A DNA stretch of 64,000 nucleotides from Bacillota bacterium (GCA_028686075.1 JAQUCT010000003.1:12796-76795); one strand, 5' to 3'. Counted from the stretch's first letter, positions 30,280 to 39,858 are shown. A program made the numbers and translations. Notes: a model not told the origin generated them from the letters alone.

Positions 30280-30422
30280 GTGCCGTGGAAGATATAATGT
30301 AAATTTTATTTTTATTACAATACTTAAAGGAATTTTAGAAAAAGCATAGAATATATATACAATGTGTTATATAACTGCAGCTTGTAGTTATATATCAAAA
30401 AATAGCGAATAGGAGGGAAATC

Positions 30423-31772
30423 ATGGAAGCTTTTATGGAATTAAACAGCAAGCTTAACAGTCTGGTTTGGGGCCCGTATATGTTGGTGTTAATTGTGGGA
30501 ACCGGTGTATACTTAACATTCCGCACTAATTTTATGTCTATAACAAAAATGGGATACGTATTAAAGAACACACTGCTTAAAATGTTCGACAAGACAACTG
30601 TTGGAGAAGGGGAGATTACGCCCTTCCAGGCTGTTGCAACAGCTCTTGCCGCAACCATAGGTATTGGTAATATTGCCGGCGTTGCTACCGCTATTGCACT
30701 GGGGGGGCCGGGGGCCATATTCTGGATGTGGCTGTCGGCGATATTCGGGATGGCAACAAAATACGGGGAAGTCGTACTCGCCATCAAATACAGGGAGAAG
30801 ACCCCGGACGGTCGTTTTGTAGGAGGTCCCATGTACTATATTCGAAACGGCCTTAACTTAAAATGGCTTGCCGCGGTTTTTGCATTCTTTGGGGCAATGG
30901 CAGCCTTCGGTATAGGTAACATGACTCAGGCCAACTCGGTGGCGGCTGCTTTGGAGACTACATTTGGCGCAAGCAAGCTGATTTCGGGAATAGTATTAGC
31001 AGTGGCAACAGCAGCGGTTATACTGGGAGGTCTTAAAAGGATCGCCCAGGTTACCGAAAGACTTGTTCCGTTCATGGCGGCGTTCTATATCATCGGGGGA
31101 ATAATAATATTGGCTATAAAAGCGGCAGATATACCCGCAGCCTTTGGCTTAATATTCAGCTCGGCCTTTACAGGCACAGCGGCGATAGGCGGATTTGCCG
31201 GTTCGACCATTATGATGGCGGCAAGGTTTGGGGTTGCCCGGGGAGTATTCTCAAACGAAGCCGGCCTTGGTAGTGCGCCTATAGCCCACGCAGCGGCAAC
31301 AACCGATAACCCGGTAAAACAGGGCCTGTGGGGAATATTCGAAGTGTTCATGGATACTATTGTGGTATGCACAATAACAGCACTGTCCATAGTAGTAACA
31401 GGCGTCTGGAATACCGGCGCAACCGGTGCCGCCCTTACCACGGCAGCTTTCGATGCGGGGCTTCCGGGACCCGGCGGTATTATTGTCGCAGTTGGCGTAC
31501 TGCTGTTTGCATACTCCACCATTCTTAGCTGGGAATATTACGGGGAGCGTTGTGCCGAGTATCTTTTTGGAAGCAAAGCAATAATGTTATATAGGATTAT
31601 ATGGATACCCTTCATATTGATTGGGGCTATCGGCGGGCTGGTTACGATATGGGATATTGCCGATACGCTTAATGGGCTTATGGCTATCCCCAACCTGATA
31701 GGAATCCTTGGCCTAAGCGGAGTTGTAATAAAGCTTACCAAGGACTACTTTAGCAAAGGGAAAGAAGCTTAG
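30423..31772 (+). CDS. Alanine/glycine:cation symporter (AGCS family)
   Basis: ITPFQA...ALAATIGIGNIAGVATAI..GGPGAIFWMW signature; polytopic; RBS AGGAGGG. Confidence 0.9.
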   Translation: MEAFMELNSKLNSLVWGPYMLVLIVGTGVYLTFRTNFMSITKMGYVLKNTLLKMFDKTTVGEGEITPFQAVATALAATIGIGNIAGVATAIALGGPGAIFWMWLSAIFGMATKYGEVVLAIKYREKTPDGRFVGGPMYYIRNGLNLKWLAAVFAFFGAMAAFGIGNMTQANSVAAALETTFGASKLISGIVLAVATAAVILGGLKRIAQVTERLVPFMAAFYIIGGIIILAIKAADIPAAFGLIFSSAFTGTAAIGGFAGSTIMMAARFGVARGVFSNEAGLGSAPIAHAAATTDNPVKQGLWGIFEVFMDTIVVCTITALSIVVTGVWNTGATGAALTTAAFDAGLPGPGGIIVAVGVLLFAYSTILSWEYYGERCAEYLFGSKAIMLYRIIWIPFILIGAIGGLVTIWDIADTLNGLMAIPNLIGILGLSGVVIKLTKDYFSKGKEA

Positions 31773-31779
31773 CATTTAA

Positions 31780-31805
31780 GGCCCCGGTTAATCCGGGGCC
31801 TTTTC
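31780..31805 (+). terminator. Rho-independent terminator
   Basis: GGCCCCGG-TTAAT-CCGGGGCC plus TTTT. Confidence 0.85.
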
Positions 31806-31874
31806 CTTGAATATTACTGCAGCATATGGGAAAATAAAGGGGAAAAGTCGATTACCTGGGAGGAATAAGTTATT

Positions 31875-33293
31875 ATGAACAATAAAAAATTGTTAAGGTT
31901 GCTGCCTTCAGTGGACCAGATGCTGAGGAAGCCCGAGGTGGCCGGATTGATAGAACAGTATGCCCGCGTGACTGTTACCGAAAGCTTAAGGGAGATACTG
32001 CAGGAAACCCGCGACAGGGTTATGGACGGCGGCTTTGACGAAAGCGCAACTGCTACCGGAATGGAAGAGGGAATCGTTGAGGCGCTGGCGGAAAGGCTAA
32101 GGAGAAAAGGGCTGGGAAGACTTAAGGAGGTTATAAACGGTACAGGGGTGGTAATACATACAAACCTGGGCAGGTCGCCCGTACCGGAAAGTGCCGTGGC
32201 TGACCTTTCAAGGCTGGCTGGGAGATATATTAACCTTGAATATAACCTCCAAAGGGGCGTCCGGGGTTCCCGTCACGACTTAGTTCGGGACCTTGTATGT
32301 GGCACCACTGGTGCGGAGGATTGCATAGTGGTAAACAATAACGCGGCAGCGGTGCTGCTTACTCTGAGTGCCATGGCGTCGGGTAAGGAGGCAATCGTGT
32401 CTCGGGGAGAGCTTGTAGAAATAGGAGGCTCCTTTCGCATACCCGAAGTGATGGAGCAGGGCGGTGCTAGGCTTGTGGAAGTAGGCACCACCAACAAGAC
32501 CTATATTGAAGACTACCAAAAGGCCATAGGCGAAGACACAGCCATGCTGCTTAAAGTTCACACCAGCAACTATCGTATTTGCGGGTTCACCGATGAGGTG
32601 TCCCGGCAAGAACTGGCCAGCCTTGGCAGGAAGCGCGGGATACCGGTGGTTGAGGACCTGGGCAGCGGTATATTGGTCCACCTTGAAGAGTATGGCATTG
32701 TCGGTGAACCAACAGTTCAGGATAGTATCAAGTCGGGAATAGATATAGTTACCTTCAGCGGTGACAAACTGCTGGGGGCCTCCCAGGCGGGCATAATTGC
32801 CGGTAAAAGCAAATATATAAAAAGAATCGCAAAGCATCCGCTGGCCCGGGCCGTCCGGGTGGACAGGCTTACGCTGGCGGTTCTTGAAAGCACCCTTCGG
32901 ATATACGCCCAAGGTGAAAGGGTTTTGGATAGAATACCGGTGCTAAATATGCTGACAATTCCGGTATCAACTCTTGAGCAGCGGGCGGAGCGTCTTATGG
33001 AACTTGTGACGGATATAAAGGCCTATGCAAAGGTAACTATAGAGAAGGAATACTCCCAGGTTGGCGGGGGGGCACTGCCCCTTGAGAGGATAGAAACCCG
33101 TGTGTTGACCATTGAGCCAAAGGAAATGGCTGTAAACGAACTGGAGAAGGGTTTAAGGATGGCAAAGACCCCTGTTATAGGAAGGATTGTCAGGGACAGA
33201 TACCTTATAGATGTAAGAACGGTTTTCGATGAACAGCTGCCGGTGCTGGCGGGGATGCTTATAGGTGTACTATCTGGGGGTGACGGAAGTTGA
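31875..33293 (+). CDS. selA: L-seryl-tRNA(Sec) selenium transferase
   Basis: LRLLPSVDQ N-terminus, NNNAAAV, and the FSGDKLLGG-type PLP lysine (FSGDKLLGAS). Confidence 0.92.
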   Translation: MNNKKLLRLLPSVDQMLRKPEVAGLIEQYARVTVTESLREILQETRDRVMDGGFDESATATGMEEGIVEALAERLRRKGLGRLKEVINGTGVVIHTNLGRSPVPESAVADLSRLAGRYINLEYNLQRGVRGSRHDLVRDLVCGTTGAEDCIVVNNNAAAVLLTLSAMASGKEAIVSRGELVEIGGSFRIPEVMEQGGARLVEVGTTNKTYIEDYQKAIGEDTAMLLKVHTSNYRICGFTDEVSRQELASLGRKRGIPVVEDLGSGILVHLEEYGIVGEPTVQDSIKSGIDIVTFSGDKLLGASQAGIIAGKSKYIKRIAKHPLARAVRVDRLTLAVLESTLRIYAQGERVLDRIPVLNMLTIPVSTLEQRAERLMELVTDIKAYAKVTIEKEYSQVGGGALPLERIETRVLTIEPKEMAVNELEKGLRMAKTPVIGRIVRDRYLIDVRTVFDEQLPVLAGMLIGVLSGGDGS

Positions 33294-35206
33294 ACAATAT
33301 AATAATAGGGACGGCGGGCCATATAGACCACGGAAAGACCACTCTTATTAAGGCACTAACCGGAAGGAATACAGACAGGCTCAAGGAGGAACAGCGAAGG
33401 GGAATATCCATCGAGCTTGGATTTACCTACTTTGACCTGCCAGATGGCAGAAGGGCCGGGATAATAGATGTACCCGGCCATGAAAAGTTTATAAAGAATA
33501 TGCTGGCAGGGGTGGGTGGAATGGATATGGTGCTTCTGGTGGTAGCGGCCGATGAGGGAATAATGCCCCAGACCACCGAGCACCTTAATATACTTGATAT
33601 GATAAGGATTAAGAAAGGAATTGTGGTACTTACAAAGGCGGATATGGTGGAAGAAGAATGGCTGGAAATGGTTATAGAAGAAGTAAAGGAAAATATAAAA
33701 GGCACTTTCCTTGAAGGTGCTCCCGTGATACCTGTTTCATCGGTTACCGGGGCCGGCATTGACACCCTTGTAAAGACCATTGGGGAGATGACGGAGGAGC
33801 TTAATATAAAAAATTATGATTCCCTGTACAGGCTAAACATAGACAGGGCCTTTTCCATAACGGGGTTTGGCACTATAGTCACCGGGACCCTTATATCCGG
33901 CAAGGTAGAAGAGGGCCAGAGAGTTTGTATTTACCCCGCCGGCATAGAGGGCAGGATAAGAAACCTGCAGGTCCACGATCAGGATGTGGAGGCTGCTTAC
34001 GCCGGGCAGAGGCTGGCGGTAAACATTGCCGGGGTAAAGAGGGACCAAATCCAAAGGGGAGACGTGATAGCCCCCGCCGGGGCACTGCAGCCAACTATGA
34101 TGCTGGACTGCCGGCTACGGCTTGTTAAGGATACCGACTGGACAGTCGACAACAGGGGCAGGGTGCGGCTGCATATAGGCACGAAGGAAATACTGTGCAG
34201 GGTAGTACTGCTTGACAAGGAACAGTTGGGCCCTGGAGAAGAGTGTTATGCCCAGCTGCGGCTGGAGGAAGAGGCGGTGGCCCTTAGGGGAGACCGGTTC
34301 GTTATAAGAAGTTATTCTCCCATGGAGGCCATCGGAGGAGGGACAGTACTTGAGCCAAATCCGCCTAAGCGAAAAAGGTACAATAAAGATACAATGGAAG
34401 AGCTTAAGCTAAAGGAGAGTGGCAGCCCGCTACAGGTTCTGGAAAAGGTTATAAGCCTTAACAGCAGTTTCTTTCCCGGCAGGCCGAAGCTTATTGAGCT
34501 TACCGGTAAAAGCGAGGAGGAGCTGCAGCCCATGCTGAGCAACCTGGTAGACAGTGGGACGGTCAGGGAGTTCCAAAGCGGTAGCCAGAAGGTTTATATA
34601 CACAAAGAGTATTTTTCCGGGCTGCTGCTAGGGGCAGATTCTTTGCTACGCGAGTTTCATGCCCGTTATCCGCTACGTAGCGGTATGCCGGTGGAGGAGT
34701 TTAGAAGTAAGCTCTTTGGCAGTCACAAAGGGACCTTTATCGACGAGGTGCTAAGAAGCATGGAGAAGGAGGGCACAATAAGTGTGACGTCCAGTGCTGC
34801 ATCCCTTTCCGGTTTTAAAATACAACTCACACAGGACCAACAGGGTATAAGAGGGTATATACTGGACCTTCTGGAGAGGAAAGGTTATTCGCCCCCAGGA
34901 ATAGGAGAGCTGTTACAGGGCAGCCCCTACGGCGGGGATGAAACGGCTGAAGTTTTGGATATGCTCGTTGAAAGCGGTGAAATAAAACGCATAGGCGAGG
35001 ACACAGTGTTTCTAAAAGGATACTACGAAGGTGCGGTGGAATCTGTGGTGGAACACATCAGAGGGGAAGGCAGCATAAGCCTTGCAACCCTCCGGGACCA
35101 TCTGGGCACCAGTAGAAAATATGCAATGGCCCTTTTGGAGGAGATGGACAGGGATAGGATAACTAAAAGGGTGGGGGACAATAGAGTTTTGTATGGGAGG
35201 AGTTAA
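33290..35206 (+). CDS. selB: Selenocysteine-specific elongation factor
   Basis: GTAGHIDHGKTTL G1, DVPGHE, TKAD, and long winged-helix C-terminal domains. TTG start overlaps the selA stop (GTTGA). Confidence 0.92.
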   Translation: MNNIIIGTAGHIDHGKTTLIKALTGRNTDRLKEEQRRGISIELGFTYFDLPDGRRAGIIDVPGHEKFIKNMLAGVGGMDMVLLVVAADEGIMPQTTEHLNILDMIRIKKGIVVLTKADMVEEEWLEMVIEEVKENIKGTFLEGAPVIPVSSVTGAGIDTLVKTIGEMTEELNIKNYDSLYRLNIDRAFSITGFGTIVTGTLISGKVEEGQRVCIYPAGIEGRIRNLQVHDQDVEAAYAGQRLAVNIAGVKRDQIQRGDVIAPAGALQPTMMLDCRLRLVKDTDWTVDNRGRVRLHIGTKEILCRVVLLDKEQLGPGEECYAQLRLEEEAVALRGDRFVIRSYSPMEAIGGGTVLEPNPPKRKRYNKDTMEELKLKESGSPLQVLEKVISLNSSFFPGRPKLIELTGKSEEELQPMLSNLVDSGTVREFQSGSQKVYIHKEYFSGLLLGADSLLREFHARYPLRSGMPVEEFRSKLFGSHKGTFIDEVLRSMEKEGTISVTSSAASLSGFKIQLTQDQQGIRGYILDLLERKGYSPPGIGELLQGSPYGGDETAEVLDMLVESGEIKRIGEDTVFLKGYYEGAVESVVEHIRGEGSISLATLRDHLGTSRKYAMALLEEMDRDRITKRVGDNRVLYGRS

Positions 35207-35207
35207 T

Positions 35208-36467
35208 TTGCCTGCAATAGACTTAAAATTTGGGAAGAATACAGTAAAGATTGAAGTACCACCCCAAAATCTGATGGATGTTTTGGAGGGAAGATTTAAA
35301 GAGGGAAGTATAGACGAGGACTACGAAAGAATCCAAATAAAGGAGGCTCTGCAGAATCCGATAGGGGCCCAAAGGCTATCCAGTATGGTAAATAGGGGAC
35401 ACAAAGTTGTAATAATGGCCAGCGATATAACCCGGCCTTCGCCGACCCGGAAGCTCCTTCCGCCTCTGCTTGAGGAACTGCTTAAGGCCGGTGTGTCCGA
35501 AGAGGATATTAAAATAATATTCGGAATGGGGATTCACCGGCCCCATACCCTGGAAGAGCAAAAAGCCCTAGTGGGCGAACAGATATTTAATGCTGTAAGG
35601 TGCGTTGACAGTAACAAGGAGGACTACATAAGCATAGGCAGCACAGAGCACGGCACCCCGCTTAATATTTGCCGATCGGTGGTGGAAGCGGATGTGAGGA
35701 TTTGTACCGGAAATATAGAATACCATTATTTTGCCGGCTATTCGGGGGGAGCTAAAGCCATAATGCCCGGTGCAGCCAATTATGAAAGCATAAAGTATAA
35801 CCACAGCCGTCAATTGGAAAGAGGTTCGGAGACGGGCAGGCTGGAGGGAAATCCCGTCCGGGAGGATATAGATGAGATAGGCCGGATACTGGGGATATCA
35901 TTTATTCTAAACGCTGTGCTAAATGAGAAGAAGCAGGTGCTAAAAGCCTTTGCGGGGCATTATTTAGAGGCCCATAGGGCCGGTTGTAGGTACCTTGACG
36001 GGCTGTACAGAATAGACGTTCCTGAGCCGGCGGATATAGTTATTGTTTCCGCCGGAGGTTATCCAAAGGACATAAACCTGTACCAGGCCCAGAAAGCCCT
36101 GGATAATGCAAGCCATGTGGTAAAGGTAGGAGGCATAATAATACTGGTGGCGGAATGCGAAGAAGGATACGGCGAGGATACATTCGCCCGGTGGATTATG
36201 GAAGCGGACCTGCCCCAGCACCTCGAAGACAGGCTTAAAATGGAGTTTGTATTGGGAGGGCACAAAGCCGCCGCCATAGCCAGAGTGGTAAAAAAGGCGG
36301 AGGTGTTCATGATTTCGGCAATGGACAAGAGGGATATAGAAGCTGTATTTTTCACTAAAAAGGAATCGGTACAAAAAGCTCTGGACGATGCCATCAGCAT
36401 TGTCGGAAAGCATGCGAAGGTACTGGTTATACCCCAGGGCGGGTCGGTATTCCCAAGCGTTGAGTAG
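35208..36467 (+). CDS. LarA-like (DUF2088) nickel-pincer-cofactor-dependent racemase/epimerase family protein
   Basis: GMGIHRPH and HYFAGYSGGAKAIMPG match the LarA His and cofactor-tethering Lys regions. TTG at 35208 lies 5 nt after GGGAGGAG, 2 nt after the selB stop. The alternative ATG at 35193 overlaps selB. Confidence 0.8.
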   Translation: MPAIDLKFGKNTVKIEVPPQNLMDVLEGRFKEGSIDEDYERIQIKEALQNPIGAQRLSSMVNRGHKVVIMASDITRPSPTRKLLPPLLEELLKAGVSEEDIKIIFGMGIHRPHTLEEQKALVGEQIFNAVRCVDSNKEDYISIGSTEHGTPLNICRSVVEADVRICTGNIEYHYFAGYSGGAKAIMPGAANYESIKYNHSRQLERGSETGRLEGNPVREDIDEIGRILGISFILNAVLNEKKQVLKAFAGHYLEAHRAGCRYLDGLYRIDVPEPADIVIVSAGGYPKDINLYQAQKALDNASHVVKVGGIIILVAECEEGYGEDTFARWIMEADLPQHLEDRLKMEFVLGGHKAAAIARVVKKAEVFMISAMDKRDIEAVFFTKKESVQKALDDAISIVGKHAKVLVIPQGGSVFPSVE

Positions 36468-36486
36468 ATAGGATACTCGCACGTGC

Positions 36487-36515
36487 TTGCCAATCGTCTA
36501 AAATACTGCTATAAT
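36487..36515 (+). promoter_or_regulatory. Sigma-A promoter for selC
   Basis: TTGCCA, 17 nt, TGcTATAAT (extended -10). It lies 20 nt upstream of the tRNA 5' end. Confidence 0.7.
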
Positions 36516-36534
36516 ATTGCTTGCAGTTGAGTTT

Positions 36535-36632
36535 GGGGGTAGATGGGTGCTGGTGTGCCCCCTGGTCTTCAAAACCAGTCGCTGGGCGTTAGTAGCGTCC
36601 GGGGTGGGTTCGATTCCCACATACTCCCGCCA
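36535..36632 (+). tRNA. selC: tRNA-Sec (anticodon UCA)
   Basis: Anticodon loop CTTCAAA on a CTGGT/ACCAG stem, a long variable arm (about GGGCGT..AGCGTCC), T-arm GTGGG-TTCGATT-CCCAC, an acceptor GGGGGTA/TACTCCC with discriminator G, and encoded CCA. About 98 nt, adjacent to selAB. Confidence 0.85.
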
Positions 36633-36640
36633 ATTTTTTT

Positions 36641-36667
36641 GTCTCCGTTTACCGGAGGCTTTTTTTA
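36641..36667 (+). terminator. Rho-independent terminator after selC
   Basis: GTCTCCG-TTTAC-CGGAGGC plus TTTTTTT. Confidence 0.85.
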
Positions 36668-36774
36668 ATGCTTGTCCATTGATACGTGAGTGGAAACTGA
36701 GCAAAAACTCTGTAGGACTAATTAACAAATGATACACAACCCCAGTATTATGTTATTAGAAGGGAGGAGTAGGC

Positions 36775-36933
36775 ATGGCCAAAAAGGAAACCAAAACAGG
36801 CAAAAAAAAGAAAGAGCAACAGGATAAGCAAACAACGGTAAGAGCTATGATGGACGCAAAGGTACCTTCCGCCTGCTACGAATTATCGGTAAAACCCGCC
36901 TGCCATCCAATGTTTAAGTATGAATCTGGATAA
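36775..36933 (+). CDS. Small hypothetical protein (52 aa), Lys-rich N-terminus, two Cys
   Basis: Not in the track because it is under 60 aa. ATG lies 5 nt after AGGGAGGAG. Sequence: MAKKETKTGKKKKEQQDKQTTVRAMMDAKVPSACYELSVKPACHPMFKYESG. Overlaps the next ORF by 14 nt. Confidence 0.45.
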   Translation: MAKKETKTGKKKKEQQDKQTTVRAMMDAKVPSACYELSVKPACHPMFKYESG

Positions 36934-37552
36934 TATAAGCGGGATGATTAATGCCATACCGCATATTATGATATATATTGTACCCGGTTATATAATTTTG
37001 AAGATAAGCCATTTCCAGCTTTCCAAAAAGGCGGACCATGACCAGTACATACTGGTCAAAAGCCTTGTAGTAAGTTTTGTATTTGTTTCGGCGGGCGAGG
37101 CCCTTTGGGGTTACCTGTTTCCAGGCGTCCAGGCATTATGCAATATGGCCTTCAGAAATACGATTATTGTATCTTCGGCGGTGGCGGGATTTTTATGGTC
37201 AAAATTCCTAACCAGTGCTTTTTTCGAAAGGGCCCTTTACAGCCTTGGCATCCATAAAACCCTACGGTCGGGTATCTGGGGCGATGTTGTGGACTTTGAG
37301 TACGGTCTGTGGCTTATGGTTTATATACCGGCGGACAGAGTGGTCTATGCAGGAAAACTGAGGAGGTATTTTGAAACAGAAACCATCGGCAATTATGTGG
37401 TGTTCCTCAGCAACTACACACTGTATGACTATAATGCTGAAGTCTTAAAGGACTATGTGGGTGATAACGACAAATGGGTAACACTGCATTCCAAGGATAT
37501 TGGCAGGGCAGAACTGTTTTACCACGAAAACAGCGGGAAAATTTCCTATTAA
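36920..37552 (+). CDS. Hypothetical membrane protein (N-terminal TM helices plus a soluble C-domain)
   Basis: 210-aa ORF, AT-rich relative to its neighbours. I could not assign a confident family. Confidence 0.5.
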   Translation: MNLDNISGMINAIPHIMIYIVPGYIILKISHFQLSKKADHDQYILVKSLVVSFVFVSAGEALWGYLFPGVQALCNMAFRNTIIVSSAVAGFLWSKFLTSAFFERALYSLGIHKTLRSGIWGDVVDFEYGLWLMVYIPADRVVYAGKLRRYFETETIGNYVVFLSNYTLYDYNAEVLKDYVGDNDKWVTLHSKDIGRAELFYHENSGKISY

Positions 37553-37577
37553 AATATGGCGGAACATTGGAGGTGGG

Positions 37578-38183
37578 ATGTATAAAATGACCAAGGATGA
37601 GTTTATTAAGGAGGTACTGTCAGGGGCGGTGGAGGGCTATAAAAAGTACAATATTTTACCCTCGCTGACGCTGGCCCAGGCGGCACTGGAAAGCGGATGG
37701 GGTAAAAACCATATCCATAACAACCTGTTCGGCATAAAGGCGACGTCCTCCTGGGACGGTAAGGTTGCGGAAGTTTGGACCACCGAATATATAAATGGCG
37801 AACCGCACAGGGTTAAGGCACTTTTCCGGGCCTATGACAGCTTTGCCGAAAGCGTGGAGGACCACAGCCGGCTGCTGGGAGAACTCCCGAGGTATGTCAA
37901 GGTTCGAGAAGCGAACAACTATAAGGAGGCCTGCTATGCGGTAAAGGAGGCGGGGTATGCTACCGACCCCGGGTATGCAGTTAAGCTGATAGGGATAATA
38001 GAAAGCAACGGACTTGAAAAGCATGATGAAGAGGTAAGGAAGGCCCACTGGGCTGAGGGTATATGGAAGAAGTTGAACGAAATGGGCATACCGGTGTACG
38101 AAAAGCGCTATGACGACGGGGCCACCCGGGGAGAGGTTATAGCACTAGTGCTAAGGGCGGTTAAGCGCATCCTGGGCGAATAA
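37578..38183 (+). CDS. GH73 mannosyl-glycoprotein endo-beta-N-acetylglucosaminidase-domain protein
   Basis: PSLTLAQAALESGWGK...NLFGIKA....W......T.EY...........FR.Y.S...S..DH glucosaminidase signature. No signal peptide. The C-terminal ATRGEVIALVLRAV segment is SLH-like. Confidence 0.8.
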   Translation: MYKMTKDEFIKEVLSGAVEGYKKYNILPSLTLAQAALESGWGKNHIHNNLFGIKATSSWDGKVAEVWTTEYINGEPHRVKALFRAYDSFAESVEDHSRLLGELPRYVKVREANNYKEACYAVKEAGYATDPGYAVKLIGIIESNGLEKHDEEVRKAHWAEGIWKKLNEMGIPVYEKRYDDGATRGEVIALVLRAVKRILGE

Positions 38184-38190
38184 CGGTTCG

Positions 38191-39858
38191 CTAGAGTATG
38201 TTTGCAAGCAGTATGGTCACGTCGTCTTCCAGTTTTTTGTCCAGTACAAAGCACGAGAATCGGTCGAAAACCTCATAGTACAGGTCCCGGGCATCCGCCT
38301 TTGTGTTCTGTGTAAGTATCTCCATAAGCCTTGTTTCGGTAAAGGCTTTGCCGTCCCTGTTAACTGCCTCCACAAGGCCGTCGGAGTACATGAGTATTCG
38401 GTCTCCGGGCTTAAGGGCCAATTTGCTGTCCCGGTACTGCGGGCTATGATACTGCGCCATTTTGCATATGGGGAACGGGTCTTTGGTAACAAGACTGAAT
38501 ACCTTTGAGCCGGATATTACCACCGGTTGGGTATTAAGCCCGGCGGAGGAGTAGGTGAATTCCCGGGTCCTTTTATTATATACTCCATAGAATATAAGCA
38601 GGTACAATTCATCGGGGAATCTTGAGTTGTTGAACTGGGAAAATAAGTCTTTAAGAACCCTGGAAGGGGACAGCAGAACCTCTTTTCTTTGCGTATCCAG
38701 TTTGTTGCTAAGTATTGTCCTATCCACGAATATGGTTATTATTGAGGAGGATATGCCATGCCCTGACACGTCGGCCAGATAAAACCCCACGTTTTCATTG
38801 TCTATACAGAATACATTGTAAAAGTCGCCGCTTAAACTCTTGCATGGTATAAGGTCGGAATAAAAGTCTATTCCGGGGCAGCCCAAACTTCTGTCAGGAA
38901 GCATGGACTGCTGTATCTCCCTTGCCAGTTCAATATCCTTGTACAGTTGGCTGTTGGTTTCCAAAATGTCCTGCCTTGCTTTTTCCACTTCCTGTTCCAA
39001 GGTGCGGGCGTGTTTTTTCAAAAGCGCATCGGCCCTTTCCAGCCGTTCATAGGGGAGCCTTACGTTCTGTACGAACATTACGTTGAACATTATGGAATAA
39101 GCAATTATCTTGAATACGTGCCCCATAAGGTTGTACATGTCAAATACGCTTATGTACAGCGTAAAGCACAGCTCGCTAAAAATGCTTATAATAAGCGCAG
39201 TAGCAAAAAGAACGGAGGTGTTGTCACCGGTATTTTTATATTCCCGTAACGATAGGGCTATGGCAGCAGCCTGCAAGGCTATTATTGCGTACTCAGCCTG
39301 AATCTTTAGCGGTGTAAGGCCCTGTCCCTCGATATAAACTGCTGGCAGCGCATCGGTTCGGAAGGTTACCGCATAAAAAAACGACAGTGAAACCAGCAGG
39401 GATAGACTAAGCACTAACCAGCGTGATATACGGGTGGTCCTTTCCGGTTTGGTATAAGCTGCCATCAGGAAACCTGCCGCCATTATAAAGCGGGCAATCA
39501 CCCAATAGGTGGTTGGGATGGCGGTGCCGTTGGGGACAAAAAAGTCCGGCATTCCCTTATAGGACAGCGTATGGAGTATGTCCAGAAAACCGCCGATGAG
39601 GAATATGCAGGCCAAAACAAGTTGCCTTAGTCTGGAGTTTTGATGGTAAATATAGAAGATAAGCGTAAAGATAGCGAAGGCAAACAATACGCTCAAAAAC
39701 TCCAAAAAGGTGTGTAACGCCAGAAACCACTCTTCTCCTATGGAGGTGTGCATGAAGGAGCCGGTACTGCCCAGTAGTACATACACAAGGAGACACAGGA
39801 CGAAGGTGAGTATTGGATTTAGGTAAGCGTTTTTTTTGACGGATATGTATTCTCTCAT
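38191..39858 (-). CDS. Membrane sensor fused to a PP2C-type (SpoIIE/RsbU-family) phosphatase
   Basis: N-terminal polytopic domain of about 250 aa (MASE3-like), a coiled coil, then the SGDFY..ADVSGHG...DGLVE PP2C/SpoIIE motifs. Confidence 0.8.
   Translation of the reverse strand: MREYISVKKNAYLNPILTFVLCLLVYVLLGSTGSFMHTSIGEEWFLALHTFLEFLSVLFAFAIFTLIFYIYHQNSRLRQLVLACIFLIGGFLDILHTLSYKGMPDFFVPNGTAIPTTYWVIARFIMAAGFLMAAYTKPERTTRISRWLVLSLSLLVSLSFFYAVTFRTDALPAVYIEGQGLTPLKIQAEYAIIALQAAAIALSLREYKNTGDNTSVLFATALIISIFSELCFTLYISVFDMYNLMGHVFKIIAYSIMFNVMFVQNVRLPYERLERADALLKKHARTLEQEVEKARQDILETNSQLYKDIELAREIQQSMLPDRSLGCPGIDFYSDLIPCKSLSGDFYNVFCIDNENVGFYLADVSGHGISSSIITIFVDRTILSNKLDTQRKEVLLSPSRVLKDLFSQFNNSRFPDELYLLIFYGVYNKRTREFTYSSAGLNTQPVVISGSKVFSLVTKDPFPICKMAQYHSPQYRDSKLALKPGDRILMYSDGLVEAVNRDGKAFTETRLMEILTQNTKADARDLYYEVFDRFSCFVLDKKLEDDVTILLANIL

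Noticed and set aside
30280-30422. Glycine or other amino-acid riboswitch upstream of the alanine/glycine:cation symporter.
   Set aside because: The leader is AT-rich, short, and lacks the conserved GGAGAG...CACCG-type cores. Only a simple palindrome is present.
31875-36467. Search for a selenoprotein gene (an in-frame TGA splitting an ORF, with a SECIS-like hairpin) near selAB.
   Set aside because: All neighbouring genes are continuous ORFs of normal length for their families. I saw no pair of adjacent same-frame ORFs separated by a single TGA. This cannot be excluded elsewhere in the genome.
36498-36737. ORFs 36498..36737(-) and 36517..36732(+) overlapping the selC region.
   Set aside because: They overlap a well-formed tRNA-Sec gene with its own promoter and terminator. 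There is no coding signal.
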